From Heptranchias perlo (taxonomy: Eukaryota), in assembly GCF_035084215.1 (NCBI RefSeq), contig NC_090363.1:2604001-2652996 (forward strand): DNA of 48,996 nucleotides, given 5' to 3'. The notes under the pieces were generated by a model that saw nothing but the letters and a program-made list of their open reading frames with translations, was not told the DNA's origin and searched no databases. The position numbers and the translations under genes were made by a program. The stretch's first letter is position 1, and every line of letters begins with the position of its first letter. This document shows positions 23,241 to 35,187 of the stretch, piece by piece.

Positions 23241-23425
23241 TTGGGAGCTTCCTGTGCACTATCCCAGCAATTACTGGGGAGGGAGGGGGCGGGGCGGGGC
23301 GGGAGGAGATGAACTGAAAAGAAAAAAGAATGAATTTGAGAGTGAAGGAGGCGACTCTCGATCCCTAACGAAACCTCTTGTCTTTCAGGGCCTACGCGGA
23401 CAGGCTTCGGTTGTTCAGTGAGAGG

Positions 23426-23486
23426 ATGTTGCCCTCGGCCCTGCTTCTGATTCTCACCCTCAGGATCCATTCTACGCTGGCGGCTG
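23426..23486 (+). CDS. Butyrophilin-like gene, signal-peptide exon (MLPSALLLILTLRIHSTLAA-G)
   Basis: ATG in aggATGt context, hydrophobic leader, phase-1 donor G|GTGAGA typical of IgSF leader exons. Confidence 0.8.
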
Positions 23487-23884
23487 GTGAGAGACGGCAA
23501 TACTCCCCTCAAACACCCCAAACCCCACCTCGCGTACTATTGATTGTGTGCAAGAGGAATGTGTTTGGGGGGAGAAAAATGAAAATTAAATGCTGTCCGT
23601 TAATTAACTAACCACTGTCGCGGGGCTTGGCAGCAATTGTCTTGACCGATGACCACACCCTCGTCCTCTCGGGCTGCCTGTCCAGTATCGAGTCATTGGT
23701 GGGGGGGGGTCTCGCGGCTTCCATCAATGATCATTGGAGAAGACTAAAGCCATTGTCTTCAGCCCCCACCTCTTCCCTTGCTACTGACTTCCCCCTCCTC
23801 TCCGCTCCCTGGCCCAGACCGTGTGAAACATTGATGCCCTGCTCCACCGAGCTTCAAACCCCACCTCCTCTCCACTGCCAATCG

Positions 23885-24348
23885 TAGAATCATACAGCAC
23901 AGAAGGAGGCCATTCGGCCCATATTGCCTGTGTCGGTTCTTTGAAAGAATTATCCAGTTAGCCCCGCCCACCGAAGATTTTTCCTTTTCAAGTATTTATC
24001 CAATTCCCTTTTGAAAGTTATTATTGAATCTGCTTCCACCGCCCTGTCAGGCAGCGCATTCCAGATCATCACAACTCGCTGCGTAAAAAAATGTTTCCTC
24101 ATCTCCCCTCTGGCTCTTTTGCCGATCGCCTTAAATCTGTGTCCTCTGGTTCCCGACCCTCCTGCCGCTGGAAACAGTTTCTCCTTATTTACTCTATCAA
24201 AACCGTTCATGATTTTGAACACCTCTATTAAATCTCCCCTTAACCTTCTCTGCTCTAAGGAGAACAATCCCAGCTTCTCCAGTCTCTCCACATAACTGAA
24301 GTCCCTCATCCCTGGTACCATTCCAGTAAATCTCCTCTGCACCCTCCA
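23885..24348 (-). mobile_element. CR1 LINE 3' fragment
   Basis: ORF 23950-24396: [42 protein letters not shown]. Confidence 0.85.
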
Positions 24349-24508
24349 CATCAACGTAGAGTTGGTGAACACAGGAGTAAAAGTTTGCCTTGACACTTAA
24401 TTTCTTGAAGACAAAGCCCCTTTAACACACCTCAGCAAGACCGTGCGAGACGGCCCCCCCCACCTCCACCCTCCGACCTTCGCTGAGGGCTGTTCCTTGC
24501 TTTTCCAG

Positions 24509-24853
24509 GGCAGTTCCAGGTGATTTGCTCGCAGCACCCGATTGTGATCGCTGTGGGGGAGACGGCGGTGCTGGAGTGCCAGCTGATCCCCACCACCCCC
24601 CTGGAGGCCATGGAGATCCGGTGGACCAGGGGTGGCGCACTGGTGCACCTGTACAGGTTCGGGCAGGACGAGAACGATGGCCAGCAGGCCATGTACCGGG
24701 ACAGGACCCAACTCTTTGTGCAGGAATTCAAGAAAGGGAACGTCTCCCTGATGCTGAAGAATGTTGAGCTGCTTGACCAGGGGGGCTACAAGTGTTTCGT
24801 CGAGTCGCCGGTCACAGGGTTTGAAGACGGCATGGTCAGCCTGAACGTGGCAA
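24509..24853 (+). CDS. Butyrophilin-like gene, IgV exon
   Basis: ttttccAG|GG ... A|GTGAGT, 345 nt, phase 1-1. BTN/MOG-type IgV motifs: GETAVLECQL, MEIRW, VHLY..GQD, QQAMYRDRTQL, GNVSL, DQGGYKC. Confidence 0.95.
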
Positions 24854-24929
24854 GTGAGTGGCCCTTTGGGATCCGTTCTTGTGTTCTTGATCGCGAGATT
24901 GAACTCTGTTTTCCTGTAGTGTTTTATTA

Positions 24930-25562
24930 CATAGAATTAACAGCACAGAAACAGGCCATTCGGCCCAACTAGTCTATCCCGGTGTTTATGCTCCACACGA
25001 GCCTCCTCCCTCCCTACTTCATCTCACCCCATCAGCATATCCTTCTATTCCTTTCTCCCTCATGTGTTTATCCAGCTTCCCCTTAAATGTATCTACACTA
25101 TTCACCTCAACTACTCCTTGTGGGAGTGAGTTCCACATTCTCACCACTCTCCGGGTGAAGAAGTTTCTCCTGAATTCCCTATTGGATTTATTAGTCACTA
25201 TTGTATATTTATGGCCCCCAGTTCTGGTCACTCCCACAAGTGGAAAGATCTTCTCTACATCCACCCTATCAAACCCCTTCATAATTTTAAAGATCTCTAT
25301 CAGGTCACCCCTCAGCCTTCTCTTTCCTAGAGAAAAGAGCCCCAGCCTGTTCAATCTTTCCTGATAGGTATAACCTCTCAGTTCTGGTATCATCCTAGTA
25401 AATCTTTTTTGCACATTCTCCAGTGCCTCTCTATCCTTTTTATAATATGGAGACCAGAACTGTTCACAGTACTCCAAGTGTGGTCTAACCAAGGTTCGAT
25501 ACAAGTTTAACATAACTTCCCTGCTTTTCAATTCTATCCCTCTAGAAATGAGCCCCAGTGCT
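24930..25562 (-). mobile_element. CR1 LINE 3' fragment
   Basis: ORF 25019-25531: LYRTLVRPHLEYC.QFWSP...RRLRGDLIE. Confidence 0.88.
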
Positions 25563-26477
25563 TGGTTTTAATTTTTTTTATGCAGTGTTTAAAATCAGTC
25601 TAGATGATTAAGAGTGGGATTAATTTTAAAAATAATTTTCCCCCCTCCCAAGTGTTAGCTTGGCTCATTTGGTCACACTTTCGCCCTCCCAAGTCAGAAG
25701 GCTGAGGGTTTTAACTCTCTCTCCGTGGTGTTTGAAGACATGATTTAAGCTGTCAGTAATGAGGAGGTGCTCCTTTGCTGCCCTTGTTCGGTTTCTGGGT
25801 CCCTTTTACCCATTTTACTGCAGGTACGTTTGGGTGTTGTGTTTCAGACCTCCCGTGGGTGAATCTTAGCTCTTCATGTCCTTGAGAGTGGGGTTTTCCA
25901 CGTTACAACACTGACTACACTTCAAAAATACTTCATTAGTTGTAAAACACTTTGGGATGTTCCGAGTTGGTGAAAATCACTGTATAAAAGTACAAGTTTT
26001 TTCTTTCTTTCCTTTCACCTGCGTTTATATCTCGCATTTCATTCCTCCGACTCTCCCCTTTTGTAAATCCCTCTTCTCCCTCCTTCTCTTCTCCCCCTCC
26101 CTCCTTCCGCCATTGATGACAGAACCTTCAGCAGCACAGACCCTACTCTCTGGAATTCCCTCCTAAACATCTCTGCTTCTCCACCTCCCTCTCCTCCCTC
26201 GCGAACCTGCTCAAAACCCATCTCTTTACCCAAGTTTTTGCCCCACCTCTCCCTTCCGACCTCAGCATCCACCTCGCTCCCAGCTCTGGGCCGGCCCCTC
26301 GAGATATCTCCCGATGTTTGAGGTCCTACGTAAATGCAAGTGGTTGTTGCAACACTGGGCGGTGCATCTATCAACTGAGCCAACGGGCCCATAAGCAAAG
26401 CCCTAGCTTTTATGTCTCTTTTATACTCGATGACCTGGTGATTTTATGTGCCTCTGGTTTACTTTACTCTCTCACGG

Positions 26478-26940
26478 GAAGAATTGCATTTATATAGCAC
26501 CTTTCATGACCTCAGGACGTCCCAAAGTGGTTTACAGCCAATGAAGTACTTTTTGAAGTGTAGTCACTGTTGTAATGTAGGAAATGCAGCAGCCAATTTG
26601 CGCACAGCAAGGTCCCACAAACAGCAATAATGACCAGATAATCTGTTTTTTAGTGATTTTGGTTGAGGGATAAATATTGGCCCAGGACACCGGGGAGAAC
26701 TCCCCCCTGCTCTTTTGCCAATAGTGGCCATGGGATCTTTTACGTCCACCTGAGAGGGCAGACGTCTAACGTCTCATCCGAAAGACGGCCCCTCCGACAG
26801 TGCAGCGCTCCCTCAGTACTGCGCTGGGAACGACGGCTTAGATTTAGTGCTCACGTCTCTGGAGTGGGACTGCGCCCACGACCCTCTGAACCGGGGACGA
26901 GAGAGTGTGCGCGCGGCCCGGTGAGCCTGGGCTGACACGG
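26478..26940 (-). mobile_element. Near full-length SINE
   Basis: Head to tail similarity with the other copies. Confidence 0.75.
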
Positions 26941-27007
26941 TGCGATCTTCTCTCCTGTAACTCCATTCGTTGCTGGCGTTAAGAACTCGGCTGGATTCCA
27001 TCGGCAG

Positions 27008-27292
27008 GTTTAGGGCACGTTCCCTCCATCAACTTGTTCAAGTACACGGGAAGTGGAATCAAGCTGCTCTGCGATTCCCACCAGTGGTTCCCTGCTCCGG
27101 TGTTGGAATGGCGTGACCAGAACGGGAAAGTCCTGACCGAGCAGGTCCAGACAGCAACGGAGCAAAATCCCAAACGATTCTTCAAAGTGGAGAGCTTCAT
27201 CGAAGTGACGGGCGAATCCGGGAACAGCTTCAGATGTCTGCTGCGGAATGAGAGGTTGAACAAAACGCTCGGTGCTCAGTTCCACGTCCCAG
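27008..27292 (+). CDS. Butyrophilin-like gene, IgC exon
   Basis: cAG|GT ... G|GTCAGT, 285 nt, phase 1-1. B7/BTN IgC motifs: [32 protein letters not shown]. Confidence 0.92.
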
Positions 27293-27312
27293 GTCAGTGA
27301 CAAACATGTTTG

Positions 27313-27314
<2 letters not shown>

Positions 27315-27358
<44 letters not shown>

Positions 27359-27450
27359 TATGCGCGAGTGCCTGCTTGTGTATGCGTGTACTTGCATGCG
27401 TGTGTGTATGTTTGTATGCGTGTGTGTGTGTGTGCGCGCGCATACGTGTG
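27315..27450. repeat. (TG)n microsatellite
   Basis: Pure, then degenerate, TG run just after the IgC exon donor. Confidence 0.95.
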
Positions 27451-28799
27451 AGACGATCTGCAGAAAGATGTGCGGGGTGGGGCGAGGGATATTTACACAC
27501 TGTCGACAATTTCTGCAGCTTTATCGATCAACTCAAAACGATCTACTGATTGGGTTTAATGGGCTGGGGGGTGGGGAAGGTAGAATCGGGAGGAGTTGTG
27601 GTGTTTGACAGTGTCTAATGCAAGGATTGCCTGAGCTCTGCCAGGAAACCCACCTTCTGGCTTAGAGTCGGGACTAGGGCCCGCCCCTAGTTTCAGAAAA
27701 TCTCTGCGCTCCTCCAATTCTGGCCTTTTGTCCATCCTCTTCCCCCATTTCCTTCGCCCCACCATTGGCGGCCGTGCCTTCGGCCACCTAGGCCCGAAGC
27801 TCTGGAATTCCCTCCCTAAACCTCTCCTCTCTCTTCTCAAAATCTACCTCTTTGACCAAGCTTTTGGTCGCCTGTCCTAATATCTCCTTATGTGGCTCGG
27901 TGACAAATTCTGTTTGATAATCGCTCCTGTGAAGCGCCTTGGGACGTTTCACTCCATTAAAGGTGCTGTATAAATACACGGTGTAGTAGTTGAATGAGTT
28001 ATGAGGAAAGGTTAGAAAATCTTCGGCCTCTTTCGCCTTAAAATGAGGCAAATGGAAGGGGGCGTCATGTATCGAGGTGCGTGAGATACAGATCATCCAC
28101 GATCTCATTGAATGGCGGAACAGGCTCGAGGGGCTGAATGGCCTCCTCCTGTTCCAATGAATAGAACGTTTATCGACTATGGGCACGTGGGGCTCGTTGT
28201 GAGGGTGTGAAAGGCCCTGGACCAACACAAGGTGATTCATTCTCTGTAGAAGAGGCTAGTAACGACCAGACCGAGGGGACAAATGGGCAGAAGGCAAGTT
28301 CCAGCGATGATGGTCAGAGATGCTTCTTCATACAACCCACTGATCGATCCCAGGAGCTCGCTGGATAGGGGAGGGGGAGGGGAATGGGGAACAGGAAAAC
28401 CTCTGGAGTCAACTAGAGGGACAGTTGGATTCCGTTGTGGGAAGTTGTAGGTTTCAAGGAGAGGATGAATCCGTTGGGCCGAACGGCCTGCCTCGTGCCT
28501 CTGTGGTTGGTTGGGCCTCACCTCCGGCCCAACGCCCTGGGATCTCGCATTCAGACTTGACGATCCGTGATACGCAGCCCGCCCTTCAATGGAATGAACC
28601 CGACCGCACTGGGCAGCGGGACTTGGGTTCAGCTCCACCTCCACCCCCACCCAAACTCCCGACCAAAACTTCCCCGTGATGAGGTCCTTCTGGTCAGATG
28701 GCCTGTTTGGTGGGGTGGGAAGGGAAGAGAGAGATTTTTTTTTTGGGCAAACAAAATCTGCCAAAAGCAGCTGCTAACTTACATCATCGAGTTACACCG

Positions 28800-29343
28800 A
28801 AACGACAGCACAGAAACAGGCCATTCGGCCCAACAGGTCCATGCCGTGTTTATGCTCCACACGAGCCCCCTCCCTCCCTACTTCATCTCACCCTATCAGC
28901 ATATCCTTCTATTCCTTTCTCCCTCATGTGTTTATCCAGCTTCCCCTTAAATGTATCTACACTATTCACCTCAACGACTCCTTGTGGGAGCGAGTTCCAC
29001 ATTCTCACCACTCTCTGGGTAAAGAAGTTTCTCCTGAATTCCCTATTGGATTTATTAGTGACTATCTTATATTTATGACCCCCTAGTTCTGGTCTCCCCC
29101 ACAAGTGGAAACATCTTCTCTACGTCTACCCTATCGAAACCCTTCCATAATCTTAAAGATCTCTACCAGGTCACCCCTCAGCCTCCTCTTTTCTAGAGAA
29201 AAGAGCCCCAGCCTGTTCAGCCTTTCCTGATAAGGATATCCTCTCAGTTCTGGTATCATCCTTGTGAATCTTTTTTTGCACCTTCCCCAGTGCCTCTACA
29301 TCCTTTCTGTAATATGGAGACCAGAACTGTGCACAGTACTCCA
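28800..29343 (-). mobile_element. CR1 LINE 3' fragment
   Basis: Same family as 24930-25562. Confidence 0.85.
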
Positions 29344-29469
29344 GGTGGTACTGAGGAACGCTCATTAATTCCGGATCACAGGGACAACAATGGAGGTGAA
29401 GAGGGCCAGCTGAGTTATTGCATCTTCTTGTTGGTTTTTGAAGTAATTTCTTCTGTTTTACTTCCCCAG

Positions 29470-29589
29470 TTGAATTCTTTCCCAAGATGTCAGGCTGGCT
29501 GTATGCCTTCCTGCTGATATTGTTCACGGTCATTGCCCTCGTCGCAGGCCTGTTCGTGTACTTCAGGAATCAACAGAAGGATATCAAAG
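29470..29589 (+). CDS. Butyrophilin-like gene, transmembrane exon (EFFPKMSGWLYAFLLILFTVIALVAGLFVYFRNQQKDIK)
   Basis: ttccccAG|TT ... G|GTACGG, 120 nt, phase 1-1. FFP..S.W juxtamembrane motif of butyrophilins, then a ~23-residue hydrophobic span and basic stop-transfer residues. Confidence 0.9.
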
Positions 29590-30673
29590 GTACGGGATAT
29601 CTGCCATCTGACAGGACGAGAATTCGTGATTTCCCCCAGTTGAAGTCGGTCAACTTTCGTGTATAGAAAGGGCCAAACCCGCGACCTCTACCACCTAGAA
29701 GGACACGGGCAGCAGGCACATGGGGCCAACACCACCTGCACGTTCCCCTCCAAGTCACACACCATCCCGACTTGGAAATATATCGCCGTTCCTTCATCGT
29801 CGCTGGGTCAAAATCCTGGAACTCCCTTCCTAACAGCACTGTGGGAGAACCGTCACCACACGGACTGCAGCGGTTCAAGAAGGCGGCTCACCACCACCTT
29901 CTCAAGGGCAATTAGGGATGGGCAATAAATGCCGGCCTCGCCAGCGACGCACACATCCCATGAATGAATATATTAAAAAAATTTTAGCAACTGACCCAAC
30001 AACATCTTAGAGTCTCGTGCAGATAAACGTCTCATGAGAATTCAGTGGAGGAGAGATGGATGGAACCTCATTATCTGTGAGGTTAAAGGGAGTGAGGACT
30101 GACGAGAGAGAGGCTTTTGAAGACAGGTGGTGAAGTGGCAGAGAATTAATTTGGGGAGGGGGGGGAATATGAGTGAGAAATCAGCGGCAGAACAGGGGGA
30201 GGTGGGGGTGCCAGCATTGGGCACGTCTGAGGGGTGGGTATATCAGGAGCCTCCTCCACCTCCATCTCCACCCAATAACCTCTTCCACCTCCAGCTCCGC
30301 CCAATAACCTCCTCCACCTCCATCTCCGCCCAATAATCGCCTCTGACTCTCCCTCCTCCCCCTCCCCCCTCTATCTCCCCTCCACCAAGCCCGTCCATCT
30401 CTCGGAATATACCGGAATGTATACGTATTGACGTATCGAGGAGATGCAGTGAGATCACGAGTAGTTTCTCAGTCCCGAGATTCTGTTGGACCGTTGAGAA
30501 TGTTCCACGTCTGTTATTGTCCAATCCCGGACAGTGTAGGGCAGCGTTCATTTCCAATCAGTTCTTGCGCGGGGCGTGGTGGTGGACGGGATTGGTCGGT
30601 CCACGAACTCCGTCCAGTTCCCAAGAGGCTCTGCGATGTTAATGATTCATTCTCTCCCCTTCTTGTTTTTCAG

Positions 30674-30700
30674 AATTACAGAAGCGGCCTACAATAGAAG
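30674..30700 (+). CDS. Butyrophilin stalk micro-exon 1 (27 nt, ELQKRPTIE)
   Basis: Long polypyrimidine tract + cAG, donor G|GTGAGG, phase 1-1. Confidence 0.8.
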
Positions 30701-30711
30701 GTGAGGATCAA

Positions 30712-31112
30712 AGAACAAACTTGCATTTCTACAGCACCTTTCACCACCTCAGGACGTCCCAAAGCTCTTTACAACCAATGAAGTCCTTTTTGAAGTGTAG
30801 TCACTGTTGTAATGTGGGAAATTCGGCAGCCGATTTGTGCACAGCAAGATGCCACAAACAGCAATAATGACCAGATAATTTTGTTTTTAATGATGTTGAT
30901 TGAGGGATAAATATTGGCCAGGACACCGGGGAGAACTCCCCCCTGCTGTTTGAAATAGTGGGCGTGGGATCTTTTACCCCCACCCGAGAGGGGCAGACGG
31001 GGCCTCGGTTTAACGAATCATCTGAAAGACGGCACCTCTGACAGTGCAGCACTCCCTCAGTACTGCACCAGGAGTGTCAGCCTAGATTTTGTGCTCAAGT
31101 CCCTGGAGTGGG
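30712..31112 (-). mobile_element. SINE inserted about 11 nt downstream of micro-exon 1
   Basis: SINE tail and body similarity. Confidence 0.78.
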
Positions 31113-31219
31113 AGGAGAGGGGCTCCCAACACCACTGAGTATTCTTCAAAATTGGGTTTTGCTTTAAACAGTGAGTGTTCGAGACTGTCTGCTGTTTACT
31201 CACTGTCAGACCTGCTGGA

Positions 31220-32160
31220 TCCCCCTCTGGGACTGGGCGGTACAGTGGGTCAGACACTGTCCTTTCCCCCTCTGGGACTGGGTGGTGCAGTGGGTCAGAC
31301 ACTGTCCTTTCCCCCTCTGGGACTGGGTGGTACAGTGGGTCAGACACTGTCCTTTCCCCCTCTGGGGCTGGGTGGGACAGTGGGTCAGACACTGTCCTTT
31401 CCCCCTCTGGGACTGGGTGGTACAGTGGGTCAGACACTGTCCTTTCCCCCCTCTGGGACTGGGTGGTACAGTGGGTCAGACACTGTCCTTTCCCCCCTCT
31501 GGGACTGGGTGGTACAGTGGGTCAGACACTGTCCTTTCCCCCTCTGGGACTGGGTGGGACAGTGGGTCAGACACTGTCCTTTCCCCCTCTGGGACTGGGT
31601 GGTACAGTGGGTCAGACACTGTCCTTTCCCCCTCTGGGACTGGGTGGTACAGTGGGTCAGACACTGTCCTTTCCCCCCTGTGGGACTGGGCGGGACAGTG
31701 GGTCAGACACTGTCCTTTCCCCCTCTGGGACTGGGTGGTGCAGTGGGTCAGACACTGTCCTTTCCCCCTCTGGGACTGGGCGGGACAGTGGGTCAGACAC
31801 TGTCCTTTCCCCCTCTGGGACTGGGTGGTGCAGTGGGTCAGACACTGACCTTTCCCCCCTCTGGGACTGGGTGGTACAGTGGGTCAGACACTGTCCTTTC
31901 CCCCTCTGGGACTGGGTGGTACAGTGGGTCAGACACTGTCCTTTCCCCCTCTGGGACTGGGTGGTATAGTGGGCCAGACACTGTCCTTTCCCCCTCTGGG
32001 ACTGGGCGGGACAGTGGGCCAGACACTGTCCTTTCCCCCTCTGGGACTGGGCGGGACAGTGGGTCAGACACTGTCCTTTCCCCCTCTGGGACTGGGCGGG
32101 ACAGTGGGTCAGACACTGTCCTTTCCCCCTCTGGGACTGGGCGGGACAGTGGGTCAGACT
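31220..32160. repeat. 45-bp minisatellite (~21 copies)
   Basis: Unit TCCCCCTCTGGGACTGGGTGGTACAGTGGGTCAGACACTGTCCTT, occasionally with one extra C. Confidence 0.95.
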
Positions 32161-32384
32161 CTGTGTTCTGAGCCTGGGGTTTTGGCCGATTATTGGGAGT
32201 TTTATGGTGGAATTAACCCACATTAGACCCGGGAGAATGTTCAACACTGAGACAAGGTGCAGAAAATGGAAAGTGTCCCATTCCCCAGAACCGATATCGC
32301 CCGAGTGATTAAATGATCAAAATCCTTCTCCCTGGTGTTTCCAGTATGTTTCGTGATTTGTGTCTCTCTCTCTTTGTATTTTAG

Positions 32385-32411
32385 GATATGAACTGATGAA
32401 GAGAAATCAAG
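32385..32411 (+). CDS. Butyrophilin stalk micro-exon 2 (27 nt, GYELMKRNQ)
   Basis: tctctctctttgtattttAG, donor G|GTGAGT, phase 1-1. Confidence 0.8.
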
Positions 32412-32889
32412 GTGAGTCACAGTTCCAGAACGTTCCAAACACAGGGCTGGGAGTATCAAGGAGAGAATTGTTGGCATCTAATGCCATCGGAGGGGGGGGG
32501 CGCGTAGAGGGGGTAACTTTGACCTAACTCACCCAGTGGGAATGTGACTGGATTTGATTGACCGCCTGCTGGAAAATCAGTGTGTGGGTGTCAGGTCGTC
32601 ACCCCATGGTTGAATAACTTTCTGCCCCTCCCTGCCTGGGCCCACAACATGGGTGGGTGGTCCCCATGGAACCTCTCCATTATAACTGAGCACCTAAAGG
32701 AGAGGTGGGGAGGACATTTTGGAGAGGGGGGGGCGGTATTCTTTATAGGTGCTGGATTCCCGCTGGCTGTCGTCTTGTTGGGACATGGAATGCCTGAGCA
32801 GACACAGCGGGAGAAGCAGAATCCAGAATAACTTCTAACGGGGAAGTGGATGAATATTTGAAAAAGAAAAATATTAAAGGGTAAGGGGA

Positions 32890-33425
32890 AATGGGGGAGA
32901 GGGAACAGAGGGTGATGGGCCGAATGGGGGCAGGGCAGGGGAATGGGAATGAGGGGAGAGATCTGTCAGAGAGAGGGCACAGAGAGTGATGGGCCGAATG
33001 GGGGCAGGGCAGGGGAATGGGAATGAGGGGAGAGATCTGTCAGAGAGAGGGAACAGAGGGTGATGGGGTGAATGGGGAAAGGGCAGGGGAATGGGAATGA
33101 GGGGAGAGATCTGTCAGAGAGAGGGAACAGAGGGTGATGGGCCGAATGGGGAAAGGGGCAGGGGAATGGGAATGAGGGGAGAGATCTGTCAGAGAGAGGG
33201 CACAGAGAGTGATGGGCCGAATGGGGAAAGGGGCAGGGGAATGGGAATGAGGGGAGAGCTCTGTCAGAGAGAGGGAACAGAGGGTGATGGGGTGAATGGG
33301 GAAAGGGCCGGGGTATGGGAATGAGGGGAGAGGTCTTTCCGAGAGAGGGAACAGAGGGTGATGGGGTGAATGGGGAAAGGGCCGGGGAATGGGAATGAGG
33401 GGAGAGGTCTTTCCGAGAGAGGGAA
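32890..33425. repeat. ~74-bp G-rich minisatellite (~7 copies) inside a CR1 3' end
   Basis: Unit GAGAGGGAACAGAGGGTGATGGGCCGAATGGGGAAAGGGCAGGGGAATGGGAATGAGGGGAGAGATCTGTCAGA. Confidence 0.85.
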
Positions 33426-33603
33426 CAGGCACCGTGGTATTAACGGCCTCCTCCTGTGCTGTGGAATTCTACTCTGGGGATCTCGGGGAAACTCGGGACC
33501 CCGAGTTTAAGATTTCGAGGGGAACCCCACAGGGTGTGAGTGAAATTGTAGGAATAATTTGTGTTGGTCTTATTTTAATTTTATTCATTTGCTTTCCTTT
33601 CAG

Positions 33604-33624
33604 ATAATCTCACAGATGAACTGA
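33604..33624 (+). CDS. Butyrophilin heptad micro-exon 3 (21 nt, DNLTDEL)
   Basis: gctttcctttcAG, donor A|GTAAGA, phase 1-1. Classic 21-nt BTN/TRIM heptad exon (xxLxxEL). Confidence 0.82.
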   Translation: MISQMN

Positions 33625-33903
33625 GTAAGATTTCGGACTTAAAGGATTATAATAAATACAGGAGGGATTTACTAAATATTTCCGTCACACTATTGAGAAT
33701 TCCCCAGTTGATATAAAAATAGGGAATGGAGTGGGGGAATATCCCCATGTATCGAAGTTTGTATTGGCAGGGAACACAAGCCGGTCCCTACGAACCCCTC
33801 TCCCTTCAAGATCCTCTTCTCCACCGGAAGTGTGGTTACCGCTTGGGGTCGATACTCCTGTTCCTCACACCACCTGGGCGCAGGGTGTGTCAGCCCCGGG
33901 TCG

Positions 33904-33939
<36 letters not shown>

Positions 33940-33942
<3 letters not shown>

Positions 33943-34455
33943 CTCTGAGTCAGAAGGTCGTGGGTTCAAGTCCCACTCCAGAGACCTGAGCACAAAATCT
34001 CCCCGGCGCAGTACCGAGGGAGTGCTGCACTGCCGGGGGTGCCGTCTCTCGGATGAGACGTTAAACCGAGGCCCCGTCTGCCCTCTCGGGAGGACGTAAA
34101 AGATCCCACGGCCACTATTTGGAAGAAGAGCAGGGGAGTTCTCCCCGGTGTCCTGGGCCCAATATTTATCCCTCAACCAACATCACTAAAACAGATTATC
34201 TGAGTCATTTATTACATTGGTGTTTGTGGGATCTTGCTGTGCGCAAATTGCTGTGTTTCCTGCATTACAACAGTGACTACACTTTAAAAGCATTTCATTG
34301 GCTGTTTACATGTTTGCCTTCTCGTCTGATTTTCCTGGAAGGAAAGAAAGATCTTGCATTTATATAGCGCCTTTCACAACCTCAGGATGTCCCAAAGTGA
34401 TTACAGCCAATGAAGTACTTTTTTGAAGTGTAGTCACTGTTGTAATGTAGGAAAT
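33940..34455. mobile_element. SINE (+, 33940-34300) and SINE tail (-, 34340-34455), preceded by (CT)n
   Basis: B-box GGGTTCAAGTCCC at ~33962 and SINE body. Confidence 0.8.
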
Positions 34456-35166
34456 AAAATAATTTGTGCCCCCCTTCCACTGTATTAAGCTATTTTCCCT
34501 ATTCCAATACACGCTATCCTACAAGGCAAAGCTGCCCCCTCCCCCTGCCCCCCTCTTTCCCACCGCCCCCCCCACTGTCCGTTTCCATCCCTGGTGGTAA
34601 GATTTCTGGAGATTAACTTTGAACTTTATGTCGAGGGTCCTCGGTCACTTCCAATGGCAGACAGAGCAGGACGTTGAGACCACCTGACCCGTACCTACCC
34701 GGGGTGTGTGTCTTGCCTCGCCAGTCACTGTGGCTGATACACGGTCTCGTTGCCGCCCGGGCTCGACGGGCCCAAGTGTACAGCCCGTCCCTGCCATATT
34801 ACCAGAGGTACAATGAAGCTGGGACTCGTACAGAGCTTCGGCGGGTAAACGGGGTTAAGATACAGATCAGCCACGATCTTATTGAAGGGCGGGTCAGGCT
34901 CGAGGGGCTGAATGGCCTCCTCCTGTTCCTGGTTCATCGCGCAGTAAAGAAAGAAAGACGTGCATTCCTGCAGTGCCTTTCACCACCTCAGGACGTCCCA
35001 ATGAAACGCAGTCACTGTTGAAAAGTAGGAAACGCTCGGCTTCTCCTGGGCTGTAAGGTTGTAACTGAATTTGAGTCCGGTGCGTTGGGTAAGGGGGATG
35101 TAGAAAGGGTGTTTGTGGCCCCGACACTGAGTAATTTTGTCGTCTTTCCTTCTTGCTTCCTTCTAG

Positions 35167-35187
35167 ATAAGCTCCATGGCGACCTGG
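35167..35187 (+). CDS. Butyrophilin heptad micro-exon 4 (21 nt, NKLHGDL)
   Basis: tcttgcttccttctAG, donor G|GTAAGT, phase 1-1, heptad xKLxxDL. Confidence 0.82.

Noticed and set aside
31057-32247. ORFs up to 360 aa on both strands
   Set aside because: Products of the 45-bp tandem repeat inside a BTN intron.
33940-33985. tRNA gene (B-box GGTTCAAGTCCC; similar heads at ~3700, ~6660, ~14520)
   Set aside because: tRNA-derived SINE heads continuing into the SINE body, with no complete cloverleaf.
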